DNA from: a virus
IMG/VR virus record: IMGVR_UViG_3300018080_000117
Location: 72,433 to 136,432 of that record
Strand: one strand, 5' to 3'
Length of the DNA stretch: 64,000 nt
Shown here: one piece after another, positions 8,644-17,900 of the stretch
Layout: each line of letters opens with the position of its first letter
How positions within the stretch are numbered: the stretch's first letter is position 1
Translations under genes and position numbers: made by a program
Notes under the pieces: generated by a model
What the model saw: only the letters and a program-made list of their open reading frames with translations
Told to the model about the DNA's origin: nothing
Database searches by the model: none

Positions 8644-9203
8644 AAGGATTCGATCTAATCTACGTTGATCCTCCCTGGTCATACAAGGACACGTGCTCTG
8701 CGGGTAAACGAGGCGCTGTTCACAAGTACCCAGTGATGAGTTTAGAAAACATTATTAGCCTTCCTATTTGGAAGCTGGCATCAGACAACTGTCTTTGTGC
8801 TACTTGGGGGACGTGGCCTCAACTACCAATCGTTTGCCAAGCACTAGAGGGCTGGGGGTTTACGTACAAAAGCGTTGGGTTCGTCTGGGTCAAGACAACC
8901 AAAAACAAAAAGCTTCATTGGGGGATGGGCAACTGGACACGCGCAAATAGTGAGTTTGTTTTGTTAGGCGTGCGAGGAAAGCCAAAACGTGTGGACAAGG
9001 CAATTCATTCGATTGTGCATTACCCAATTTCGAAAACACATTCTCGAAAACCTAATGTAATACGAAAAAAGCTGGCTAGGCTTGTAGGCAACCCTGAACG
9101 CAAAATCGAATTGTTTGCCACAGATAAGGTTCCTGGTTGGCGGTGTACAGGGTTTGAAGTAGATGGTCGTGATATTCGAGATGTCTTGAAAAGGATAAAG
9201 TGA
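8640..9203 (+). CDS. MT-A70 family adenine methyltransferase
   Basis: YVDPPWSY, WGFTYKS.GFVWVK, G.WTRANSE, HSRKP, IELFA. Confidence 0.92.
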   Translation: MKGFDLIYVDPPWSYKDTCSAGKRGAVHKYPVMSLENIISLPIWKLASDNCLCATWGTWPQLPIVCQALEGWGFTYKSVGFVWVKTTKNKKLHWGMGNWTRANSEFVLLGVRGKPKRVDKAIHSIVHYPISKTHSRKPNVIRKKLARLVGNPERKIELFATDKVPGWRCTGFEVDGRDIRDVLKRIK

Positions 9204-9204
9204 A

Positions 9205-9618
9205 ATGACCACAGACGACGAGTTCTTTGATATTTTGGATACTCAATTGGTTGAAAAACCGATCGAACCCAAGATACCATTAGAGCAGTTGGACCCTCCA
9301 GAAACGTGTACCGTAGAAGACATTCGAAAAACACATGTCTACCCAGAAGGGATAAAAGACCAGCTCGATAAGTACGAAAAGTTTTTGAAGGAGATGGCCA
9401 GTGCTAACGACAAAATTCAAAAAATTTTGGAGAGCTGGTTCAACGAGGAAAGCAATGAACAAGATCGCCTAAAAAGGTTCGTACAAGGGATAAAAATTCT
9501 ACAATACCGAATGATCGTAAGTGTTATTTCAAACAACCTAAACGCAGACGATGCCCAGAAATACGTCAACCTCTACCAAGAATTGGTACAAGCGGAACTA
9601 CAACTTAGAAAAGGGTAA
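9205..9618 (+). CDS. hypothetical protein
   Basis: ORF tiled within the operon. Confidence 0.65.
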   Translation: MTTDDEFFDILDTQLVEKPIEPKIPLEQLDPPETCTVEDIRKTHVYPEGIKDQLDKYEKFLKEMASANDKIQKILESWFNEESNEQDRLKRFVQGIKILQYRMIVSVISNNLNADDAQKYVNLYQELVQAELQLRKG

Positions 9619-9620
9619 CG

Positions 9621-9806
9621 ATGAACGCCAAAGTTACAGACGCATTTGTTCAAGCTTTTAGAAGCGAGGCAGACTACCACGACGCTTTTGCAAATCTAGT
9701 TGCTACAGGTGTCTTGCCGCTAGGAGTGGTAAAAGACGATCCAAGAGTAAAGGACATAGTTTTACGTTGTCAAAAGGCACGCAATGAAAATCTTAATCAC
9801 CGTTGA
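9621..9806 (+). CDS. hypothetical protein
   Basis: 61-aa ORF tiled within the operon. Confidence 0.55.
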   Translation: MNAKVTDAFVQAFRSEADYHDAFANLVATGVLPLGVVKDDPRVKDIVLRCQKARNENLNHR

Positions 9807-11211
9807 CCCGCACCGTCTAAAAGTATCTCCTAAAATACCAAAGTACCTGCTTGAAAATTTGTGTTTGTACACTCGTTACAGGGTTGATAATTACGAGTAC
9901 ACCGTTAGGGGGCAGGAAGGATGGAACGGCTATGTCAATACGTTCAACGTTTACAAACAAGAGGCTCCTGCTGGTTTGTGGCGGCGTATTCAAAATTTTT
10001 TCAAAAACGAAGAATTCGATGTCGAAGTTGTTTGGGCTGAATGCAAACCTCTTGGAAAAAAGAAGCCATGGGTACACACCCTAGACCTTGCCCACCACCA
10101 AATAAGATCCGTAGAGGCTGCTGTAAAAGGGCGTTACGGAATTATCGACGGGGCAATCAGGTCAGGCAAAACAGCGATCATGGGGGCGATCCTAAACAAA
10201 ATTAATCGAACACCTGCAATTGTTCTAACCGTTGGTAAAGACTTAGTGATTCAAACATCCCGTGAATTGGAGCGTTTCACAGATTTTGAAGTAGGCAGTC
10301 TTGTAGATTCCAAGTATGAAAAGGGAGAGGTGCTGGTTACGAGCTATCATGCTCTTATCTCTGCTCTAAAAAACCGATCGGAAACAACAGAAAAAACGAA
10401 GCAACGCAACAAAGAGATCAGAAAATTTGTTGGGGATACTGACGTGCTTTTACTCGATGAGTGCCATTACGCCTTAGCGCCCAAAACCGCAAAGGCCTTA
10501 AAGAAGCTTAGTCCAGCTTATAAGATCGGCTTGTCTGGAACGCCTAACAGAGAAGGCACACAGACAACTGAACGAGAAGCTGCGCTAGGACCAACCCTTT
10601 GTCGAGTAAGCTTACAACAAATGGTTGAAATCGGAAGGTTGGCAAAACCGCTAACAATTTGGTACGAGCTTCCTGCACAGTGGTATCTCAAAGACGGGAT
10701 TTATGATTTTGGAGAAGACTACGATTCAAACATTATTAAGAACGCTTACCGCAACCAGTTCATCAAAGAAATCGTTGATAACCTTTATTCAAAGGGCAAA
10801 TCCTCGTTCGTTATGGTTTCTAAGATTGAGCACGGCAAGGAACTAGAAAGGCTTATCCCCAAAAGTTACTTCGTTCGAGGAGCAGTCAGTACTAAGGTTA
10901 GATGGAACATGTATCGTGCTGTGCAAGAAGGGAAGCTTTCTTGCGTGATTTCAACAGTCTCCAAACTTGGCCTAGACCTACCAAAATTAAATGCAGTGAT
11001 CAACGCAGAAGGCTACCGAAGCAAAACAAGCACAGTGCAGAAGCTGCGATCATTGACCGGCATTGAAGGCAAAAGGGTCGGGTTGATTATCGACTTCTTG
11101 GACCATTCGAAGTACACGCAAAGACACAGTATTCAGAGGTTGAAGTTGTACAAATCTAAACAGTTTGTGATCAAAAAACGCCAAGTACCGGAGGATTACT
11201 ATGGGAAATAA
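9784..11211 (+). CDS. SF2 DExH helicase (UvsW/ResIII-like)
   Basis: Walker A RSGKT, DECH, SGT, GLDLP. Confidence 0.88.
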   Translation: MKILITVDPHRLKVSPKIPKYLLENLCLYTRYRVDNYEYTVRGQEGWNGYVNTFNVYKQEAPAGLWRRIQNFFKNEEFDVEVVWAECKPLGKKKPWVHTLDLAHHQIRSVEAAVKGRYGIIDGAIRSGKTAIMGAILNKINRTPAIVLTVGKDLVIQTSRELERFTDFEVGSLVDSKYEKGEVLVTSYHALISALKNRSETTEKTKQRNKEIRKFVGDTDVLLLDECHYALAPKTAKALKKLSPAYKIGLSGTPNREGTQTTEREAALGPTLCRVSLQQMVEIGRLAKPLTIWYELPAQWYLKDGIYDFGEDYDSNIIKNAYRNQFIKEIVDNLYSKGKSSFVMVSKIEHGKELERLIPKSYFVRGAVSTKVRWNMYRAVQEGKLSCVISTVSKLGLDLPKLNAVINAEGYRSKTSTVQKLRSLTGIEGKRVGLIIDFLDHSKYTQRHSIQRLKLYKSKQFVIKKRQVPEDYYGK

Positions 11212-11740
11212 GCCGGTCTGCAAACGAAGAACCTTGCTTTTTACCGACGACCCTATCGAACGAAAAATTATTGAAATGGCTTCTACCTTATCTAGTCAAA
11301 ACGACCGGCTAAAAAAACAGATCGAAAAATCTGGCGCTTGGGCAGCCCAGAAGCATGTTGACCAGTGGAGACCTTTTGACTTCCTACATTACTTCAATGA
11401 CCTTTATGAACAACGCTACCGTCGCCAATACCACCTAAAAGGAAGTTTAGTTCGTGCCTATGATCAAATCGAAAAATTTATGCGGGAAGTAGACGCAGAT
11501 AACAAGACGTTTAAGAGTTTTATCGATATAGCTTTTGCCAGGCACTTCAACGATTTCGCTCCTCCAACACTTCAACACATTATCAACAAAACAATCTTTT
11601 CGAAAGTGATGAAAAAGCACAAACCAAGTAAAAGACTGACAGACTTAGACCACCGAATCGCTAGAGAATCTTTTATCGAAGACGAGCACGACCCCTACGC
11701 TTACTTGGACGAAATGATTGCTAATGAGTGCCTACACTGA
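11201..11740 (+). CDS. hypothetical protein, possible replication initiator
   Basis: Lies directly upstream of the DnaC-like and dnaB genes. Confidence 0.55.
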   Translation: MGNKPVCKRRTLLFTDDPIERKIIEMASTLSSQNDRLKKQIEKSGAWAAQKHVDQWRPFDFLHYFNDLYEQRYRRQYHLKGSLVRAYDQIEKFMREVDADNKTFKSFIDIAFARHFNDFAPPTLQHIINKTIFSKVMKKHKPSKRLTDLDHRIARESFIEDEHDPYAYLDEMIANECLH

Positions 11741-12440
11741 CCTTGAGAAAATAAAAAAAAATTGCAAGCTCTGTGCTGGTATTGGAATGGTTCTCGTTGA
11801 CGACGAACTACAATACTGCAAGTGCGTTCAACGGATTCGTCAAAAAGCTAAGCTTATTGACGCAAACATTCCAAAGCAGTACTGGGATTTTCACATCGCG
11901 GATATTCACCAAAGCTTCAAAGAAGACAACAAAAAAGAATTCCATGCAGTACAAGCGTACATCAAACGCATAAGGGCAAACATCCGCAACGGTAAGGGGC
12001 TTTGGTTGTGGAGCCCTCCCGGTATGGGTAAAAGCACTTGTATTGCAGACATTCTCAGATCTGCGATCGCTACTGAGCACAAAGCTTACTTCTTGAAAGC
12101 AGCAAAGGTTGTTGAGCTTAGGATGAAGGCTCTTCGATCTGCTGAGGCTTCTGGCTTAGTAGACTACTTGTTATCTAAGGTAGACATTATTGCGGTTGAG
12201 GAAATAGAAAAAGTTTACCTAGCTTCGGAAGACACGCTACCAAACACGTTATTTTTTGATTTTCTTTCTGACTTATACGATTCGAAAAGAGCGCTGCTAG
12301 TTACTTCAAACTGTTCCCCCGCTAAGGTAATTGAAAAGTTCCCTACGTATATTGCAGACAGGTTGCGTTTGTTGAAAGTTCTACGATTTACGGGGAAGTT
12401 TTCGGGGCGTAAACTGGCGCAGGCAAATGCTCGAACTTAG
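11724..12440 (+). CDS. DnaC/IstB-like AAA+ helicase loader
   Basis: N-terminal CxxC..CxC; PPGMGKS Walker A; IIAVEEI Walker B; LVTSN; DRL. Confidence 0.85.
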   Translation: MSAYTDLEKIKKNCKLCAGIGMVLVDDELQYCKCVQRIRQKAKLIDANIPKQYWDFHIADIHQSFKEDNKKEFHAVQAYIKRIRANIRNGKGLWLWSPPGMGKSTCIADILRSAIATEHKAYFLKAAKVVELRMKALRSAEASGLVDYLLSKVDIIAVEEIEKVYLASEDTLPNTLFFDFLSDLYDSKRALLVTSNCSPAKVIEKFPTYIADRLRLLKVLRFTGKFSGRKLAQANART

Positions 12441-13803
12441 ATCTGACAAGGTCGAAAAAAGATTACTGTCCTTCTACTTTCGTAAGCCTTACTTTGCCAG
12501 GCTTGTCGATCTCGACGAGAACAAGTTTTTTACTCGTGCGAAGTACCGTACCTTAGCCCGTCTTGCCAAAAGCTACATAAAAAAATACCAACAGCCGCCT
12601 ACCAAAAAGGTTCTGTACGAATACACCAAAGACACAGAACGGCACTCAAACGTTGACGAGATCGGGTCAGCGATGTCTTTAATGGCGACCCTCCCAAAAC
12701 CACGTAAGGATGAGTTTGAATACTTACTTGACCGAGGCAAAGACCTTCTTCTAACCCGCAACCTCTACGACGTAGCGGACCACATAAAAAACGCTCTTGA
12801 GTCTGACGGAGAATTAAAGGAGACCCATCGTAAGGTCCTCACGTCCCTTCTGCGAGCAGACGAGACGAGGACGGCTAACCGTATGGGGTTTCTGCACGAG
12901 ACCGCACAGGAGCGCTGGAACACGTTTGTGCGGCAGGATCACAAGGATGACATTATTCGCTTTGGCATGGACCCCCTAGACGAAGCCTTAGGAGGCATGC
13001 GAAAAACGTTCACGACTTTGATCTACTCCAAAACCGGTGGTGGTAAGACCAGGACCGCTGTCAACGTTGCGATCAATGCGGCTAGGCAAGGCAAAAATGT
13101 TATCTATTTCTCGCTTGAGATGGCAACCGAACTTATCGGGGCTGTGTTCGACAGTCGATTAGCTTGGTTAGACTCTTCCAAAATCGTATTTTCTAAGCTA
13201 AGTCAACAAGAAAAACGAAAATACCGAATAATGCTAAAAAAGCAAGTTCAGAAAAAGCTCGGTGTTTACATTGTGGACATTCCTTCGAACGCAACCACGT
13301 CAGATTTGTACGAGGCTGTGGAGACCTACAGGGCTGTCACAGGGCTCGAACCCGACTTGGCCATCCTCGACTACGCCAATCTGCTCGAACCGCTTAGATC
13401 GTACGCTGGCCGTTCTGAGAAGTACGACGTTCTTTTCAAAGAGCTACACGAGTTTGCCCGAGCACAGCGAGTTGCTTTGCTAACAGCTACCCAGGAGAAG
13501 CGCCAGAGCAACGACAACAAGAAGGATAAGGACCCTTACGAACCAGATATCGAAAACATCGGCCTAAGTAATTACATGGCCGTGCACTGCGAGACGGTAC
13601 TAAGGTTAGTCCAGACTGAGGAAGACAAACTCCAAAACAGTTTGTGGATTGTCGTGGACAAGAGCCGCTACAGCGCAGTGGGGACTAAGATTTCTCTAAT
13701 TGCACTGTGGAGCCACTCGTACGTAGGCGATCGGTTTGTTGGAAATATTCCCGGTGTGCGCGTTGTAAAAAGGAGAAAAAAGAGTAAGAAAAAGAAAGAA
13801 TGA
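12427..13803 (+). CDS. dnaB: replicative DNA helicase
   Basis: LDEALGG, TGGGKT, YFSLEM, ILDY, TATQ, DKSR. Confidence 0.9.
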   Translation: MLELRSDKVEKRLLSFYFRKPYFARLVDLDENKFFTRAKYRTLARLAKSYIKKYQQPPTKKVLYEYTKDTERHSNVDEIGSAMSLMATLPKPRKDEFEYLLDRGKDLLLTRNLYDVADHIKNALESDGELKETHRKVLTSLLRADETRTANRMGFLHETAQERWNTFVRQDHKDDIIRFGMDPLDEALGGMRKTFTTLIYSKTGGGKTRTAVNVAINAARQGKNVIYFSLEMATELIGAVFDSRLAWLDSSKIVFSKLSQQEKRKYRIMLKKQVQKKLGVYIVDIPSNATTSDLYEAVETYRAVTGLEPDLAILDYANLLEPLRSYAGRSEKYDVLFKELHEFARAQRVALLTATQEKRQSNDNKKDKDPYEPDIENIGLSNYMAVHCETVLRLVQTEEDKLQNSLWIVVDKSRYSAVGTKISLIALWSHSYVGDRFVGNIPGVRVVKRRKKSKKKKE

Positions 13804-14273
13804 ATACTCTTACTCTTTTGGAGACTCTTGAATTTACGGGAATTCAAGAAGCCGGTGACGGGAAGTACCGCTGCTTATGCCCCTTCCACAAAGAAACTAA
13901 GCCATCCTTTTACGCCTACCCAGACGGAACTTATCACTGCTTCGGTTGCTTAGCCCATGGAGATTTGTGGGAATTAGGGGACGAAGAGGATTTGGCCTGG
14001 AACGTAGCGCGATTAGAGATAAGTTTTTCGAAAAACGGGTACAACCCAAAAAAGCTTAGGTCTAGATTTTGCTCTGTGGTAAACAAGCTGATCGCGAAAG
14101 GCAACCTTGGCCCTCGAATCCAAAACCGTGTGTGGGAAGCGTTTGACCGAGCAGACTTAGTTGCTACAGCGAAATCCAATAATTTGCTTGACTACGATCT
14201 TTCAATGCGTCTGAGTCTACACAAAATAGCTAAAGGAGTAAAACACCATGCCTCAAAAAAAACAAACGCCTAA
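13800..14273 (+). CDS. CHC2 zinc-finger protein (primase zinc-binding domain)
   Basis: CPFHKETKPSF...YHCFGC.AHGD. Confidence 0.88.
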   Translation: MNTLTLLETLEFTGIQEAGDGKYRCLCPFHKETKPSFYAYPDGTYHCFGCLAHGDLWELGDEEDLAWNVARLEISFSKNGYNPKKLRSRFCSVVNKLIAKGNLGPRIQNRVWEAFDRADLVATAKSNNLLDYDLSMRLSLHKIAKGVKHHASKKTNA

Positions 14274-15273
14274 AGAAATGCAAACCTTGTTGAAACAAAC
14301 ACCTAGAGAAATGCAAACCTTGTTGATTCAAGATTGCGAGGTTGGAGAAGAGTACCTTACTAAGTATGGAAAAATTATCAAGCTGCTAGCGTTGAAGCCA
14401 AAGCCCAGGGTTCTGGTTCCCGCAATCGACACTGAAGTCGAGGTAGGGTTGGAATACGAAGTGTACGCGGTACCTTTGACGTCGACCGAAGATCAAATTG
14501 AAGCAGAGATCGAAAAATCTAAGCCTCTCGAAAAAGAGCTTCGTAGCAGCAGTAACAACGACAAACCTAAACCCAAGCGCAAGGTTCTGGTCAAGTCGAA
14601 AAAGACAAGCCGCAAAGACATGCAAATCACCAAGGATAACTCTGTTTCAAAAAGCGACGACCTTGAAGCAGAGGAACTTTTTTACTTTTGTCCTGAGGCA
14701 TCAGAAGAAGTTGAAGAAGAAATTTTGACCGAGGAAGACCTAGAAGAGGTTTTGGAAGAACCAGAAGAAGAAGAACCAGAAGAAGAAGAACCAGAAGAAG
14801 AAGAACCAGAAGAAGAAGAAGAACCAGAAGAAGAAGAACCAGAAGAAGAAGAACCAGAAGAAGAAGAACCAGAAGAAGAAGAACCAGAAGAAGAAGAACC
14901 AGAAGAAGAAGAACCAGAAGAAGAACCAAAGAAAAAGACAAGACGGACAAAAAAGCCCGCTGAAAAAAAGAAGCCTGCGAAGAAGGTTTCCGAAAAGAAA
15001 AAGAAGGCTGTGAAAAAGCCCACCGCAAAGAAAAAGAAGACCGCAAAGAAAAAGGAGATGCCTAAAACAGCAAAAGACTTTGTTGTGTCTTTGTTGAAAG
15101 TCTCGAAGTGGGAACGTGGGCAAATTGCCGAACAACTTATTGAGCACGGTTACACGAAAAAGACAGATGTCAAGTCTGTTGCTCAATACGTATCTGTCAT
15201 GATCAACAACTTGAAAAAGAAAGACGGGTACAAGGTCGAAAGAGTCGCTAAAGGAACCTACCGAATAAAATAA
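14248..15273 (+). CDS. putative DNA-binding protein with (PEEEE)n acidic tract, Lys-rich tract and C-terminal wHTH
   Basis: AAGGAG RBS; block-like charge composition. Confidence 0.75.
   Translation: MPQKKQTPKEMQTLLKQTPREMQTLLIQDCEVGEEYLTKYGKIIKLLALKPKPRVLVPAIDTEVEVGLEYEVYAVPLTSTEDQIEAEIEKSKPLEKELRSSSNNDKPKPKRKVLVKSKKTSRKDMQITKDNSVSKSDDLEAEELFYFCPEASEEVEEEILTEEDLEEVLEEPEEEEPEEEEPEEEEPEEEEEPEEEEPEEEEPEEEEPEEEEPEEEEPEEEEPEEEPKKKTRRTKKPAEKKKPAKKVSEKKKKAVKKPTAKKKKTAKKKEMPKTAKDFVVSLLKVSKWERGQIAEQLIEHGYTKKTDVKSVAQYVSVMINNLKKKDGYKVERVAKGTYRIK
14260..14325 (+). repeat. 33-bp tandem duplication (KQTPKEMQTLL/KQTPREMQTLL)
   Basis: Two copies differing at 2 nt. Confidence 0.9.
14755..14928 (+). repeat. 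15-bp tandem repeat CCAGAAGAAGAAGAA, about 11 units
   Basis: Directly visible; one unit has 5 GAA and the last has 3. Confidence 0.97.
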
Positions 15274-17900
15274 TGTACAGTCGAAAACACTGCGACCCAA
15301 AATGCCCTAGATACAATGAAGCACTTGCCCACCCGTGCATTCCCGGTAGGGGGCCAAGAGATGCTGACGTAGTTTTCGTTGGCAGAGACCCAGGACAGGA
15401 AGAAATAAAACAAGGCAAGTGTTTTATTGGACCCTCTGGAAAATTGCTAAAAAACTTACTTAGAGGGTCTGGTCTAGAAGATCGTGTTTACATTACCAAC
15501 GCCGTAAAATGCGGACTCGCGGGCGAAGATAAGGAACCCAGCAAACCTCTTTTGCGGCACTGCCGAAAGTACCTAGTAAAAGAAATCAAGATTGTCAAGC
15601 CTCGTTTGATAATCGCGTCTGGCAATGCCGCCCTAGAAACTGTCTTAGGCAAGACAGGGATTATGAAGTTGCAGAACCAAACGATCTACAGTAGTGAGTT
15701 TGATTGCAACGTAATCCCAGTAGTCCACCCTGCTTATGTCTTGCGCAACCCTTCTGCAATAGGGCTTCTGAGAAGTGGGTTTTCTTCTGCCGTCAATGAA
15801 TTAAACAAGAAAAAAGAAAAAACTAAATACCTGGTTGCTAAAAACGCAAAGCAGGCAAGTGCCTTTCTTAGGCAGCTTGCGCAGCAAGACGCTTTTGCTT
15901 TCGATGTTGAGACAACGGGAAAGAATTACCTAACCTCAAATATTTTGTGCGTCCAGTTTACGTGGAAGTTCAAGACGGGTGTCACCATTCCTTGGGAGTT
16001 AATTGAGGACAGCGAAACAAACACAAAGCTACTAAAGCATGCGCTAGAAGGCCCTGCGGTAAAGGTTGCGCAAAACCTAAAGTTCGACATTCAATTCTTG
16101 TGGAAGTACGGCTTTGAGGTCAAAGGCCCCCACTTCGACACAATGCTTGCTCACAGCCTTCTCGATGACAACGCCTTTGAACACAACCTCAACAGCCTTG
16201 TTTTGAAGTACCTGCCGATGGGGGCGTACTGGTCAAAGCTTGACCGATTCAAAGAGGAGTACTGCAAAGAGCACGGCATCAAAGACACAGAGTTTAGCTA
16301 CGATCTGATCCCGCCTAAGGTTCTTTACGAGTACGGTGCAGGAGATACAGACGCAACTTATCGTCTTTTTCGACTGTTTGCGGACCTTCTAAAAGAGGAA
16401 AAGCAACATAAGTTTTTTTATCGCTACACGATGCCCTTTACTCCTGTGTTAGCAGAAATGGAGTACAGAGGGATCAAAGTAAAGCGAGACAAGATCAAAG
16501 TCATGATCAACGATTGTGAGAAAGAAATAGAGGATCTGACAGCGTTGATCAAAAAAGATCCTCTAACCAAACGCTACGAGACATGGAAGACGAAGCACAC
16601 CTGGAAAACAAAAACGTTGACTGCCTGGAAAAAGAGCTGGACGGAAGGCAAAACAACACAGGCGCGTTTTCCTGAGTTCAAAGACTACGTAGCCCACAGA
16701 AAAAGCACAGGCAAAAAGTTAGTCAAGCACGAGTTCAACGCCAGCTCAAGTACGCAACTAAAAGAATTGTTCTTTGAGATGTTGAAACTTGAACCCATCA
16801 AGATGACAAAGAACAAAAGTAATCCCCAGCCTGCAGCCGATAAGCAGGTTATGGCAATCCTTGCAGACGATTACGACATTGAGTTGGCTGGTTTGTTAGC
16901 TAAGCGGAACAAAGTTACTAAGTTTGTTAGCGCCTTTTTGAAACCAACTTACGAAAAAAGCGCTATTGACGGGCGTATTCACACCACCTACGTACAAAGC
17001 GACGTCAAAACGGGAAGGCTCTCTTCTCGCGATCCAAACATGCAAAACCTACCGAAAGATCAAAAAGCTTTTCGTAGGTGCTTTGTTGCAGACAAAGGTT
17101 TTCACATTGTCAAAGCTGACTTAGGTCAAGCAGAGTTTCGTGTTTGGGCGTCAGCGTCGGGCGACAAACAAATGATTCGAGACATTGAAAAAGGTCTCGA
17201 TATCCACAGAAAGACCGCAGCAGCCGTGTTTGGTGCGAAAGAACTAGAAGACGTAACAAAAGAACAGAGGCAATCAGCCAAAGCCGCTGTGTTTGGAATG
17301 ATGTACGGCATTGGCCTAAAGAAGCTTTGCAAAGATCAAAAGATTACAGAGAAGCAAGGCAAAGCTTTGTTAGAGACGTTTGGGAAAAATTACCCGCAAG
17401 CAATGGCGTACATCGAAGGCTTGGTCGCCCACGCCCACAAACACCATTATTGCTTATCTTGGATGGGGCGAAAGCGCAGACTCCCAAATATCAACAGCAA
17501 GGACGACGAAGGAAAGAGCGAACGTCAAGCGCGTAACAGCCCTATTCAAGCGGCTGCTAGCGACATGAACAACGCATACATGGTAGCAATTCTCAATCAC
17601 GCACGCAGAGAGGGAATTGAAGTCTACCCTGCTATGACAACACATGACGAGAACGCTTTGCAGGTAAAGAAAGGCAGTGTGGGCAAAGTCATCGAGATCA
17701 TGGAGTACGAACTTAATAATCTTTTTAAGGGGAAATTCCATTGTCCGATGGTCTTTGATTACAAGGTCGGTCGAAGTATTCAGGGTAGGGAAGTAGAGAG
17801 TCTTGAGAAAAAAACCTGTTCTCGCTGCGGTAAAAAGTCTTTCAGAGCGGGCAATCGTTGTGTGGAGTGCTGGTTCGATGAAAGTAAAGAAAAAGACTAG
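15273..17900 (+). CDS. polA: family A DNA polymerase with N-terminal uracil-DNA-glycosylase-like domain and 3'-5' exonuclease (SPO1-type)
   Basis: UDG part: VFVGRDPG, FIGPSG, TNAVKC, HPAYVLRN; exonuclease FDVETTG, NLKFD, YGAGD; polymerase TGRLSS.DPNMQN, ADLGQAEFR, AKAAVFGMMYG, HDE. Confidence 0.95.
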   Translation: MYSRKHCDPKCPRYNEALAHPCIPGRGPRDADVVFVGRDPGQEEIKQGKCFIGPSGKLLKNLLRGSGLEDRVYITNAVKCGLAGEDKEPSKPLLRHCRKYLVKEIKIVKPRLIIASGNAALETVLGKTGIMKLQNQTIYSSEFDCNVIPVVHPAYVLRNPSAIGLLRSGFSSAVNELNKKKEKTKYLVAKNAKQASAFLRQLAQQDAFAFDVETTGKNYLTSNILCVQFTWKFKTGVTIPWELIEDSETNTKLLKHALEGPAVKVAQNLKFDIQFLWKYGFEVKGPHFDTMLAHSLLDDNAFEHNLNSLVLKYLPMGAYWSKLDRFKEEYCKEHGIKDTEFSYDLIPPKVLYEYGAGDTDATYRLFRLFADLLKEEKQHKFFYRYTMPFTPVLAEMEYRGIKVKRDKIKVMINDCEKEIEDLTALIKKDPLTKRYETWKTKHTWKTKTLTAWKKSWTEGKTTQARFPEFKDYVAHRKSTGKKLVKHEFNASSSTQLKELFFEMLKLEPIKMTKNKSNPQPAADKQVMAILADDYDIELAGLLAKRNKVTKFVSAFLKPTYEKSAIDGRIHTTYVQSDVKTGRLSSRDPNMQNLPKDQKAFRRCFVADKGFHIVKADLGQAEFRVWASASGDKQMIRDIEKGLDIHRKTAAAVFGAKELEDVTKEQRQSAKAAVFGMMYGIGLKKLCKDQKITEKQGKALLETFGKNYPQAMAYIEGLVAHAHKHHYCLSWMGRKRRLPNINSKDDEGKSERQARNSPIQAAASDMNNAYMVAILNHARREGIEVYPAMTTHDENALQVKKGSVGKVIEIMEYELNNLFKGKFHCPMVFDYKVGRSIQGREVESLEKKTCSRCGKKSFRAGNRCVECWFDESKEKD

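Noticed and set aside
9784-11211. Helicase inactivation suggested by the atypical motif VI (QKLRSL)
   Set aside because: The other motifs and the frame are intact; cannot be judged without an alignment
14627-15300. Minus-strand ORFs with LLLLV, SSSSG or FFFFW repeats (also 20096-20529)
   Set aside because: Antisense shadows of the GAA-rich coding repeats
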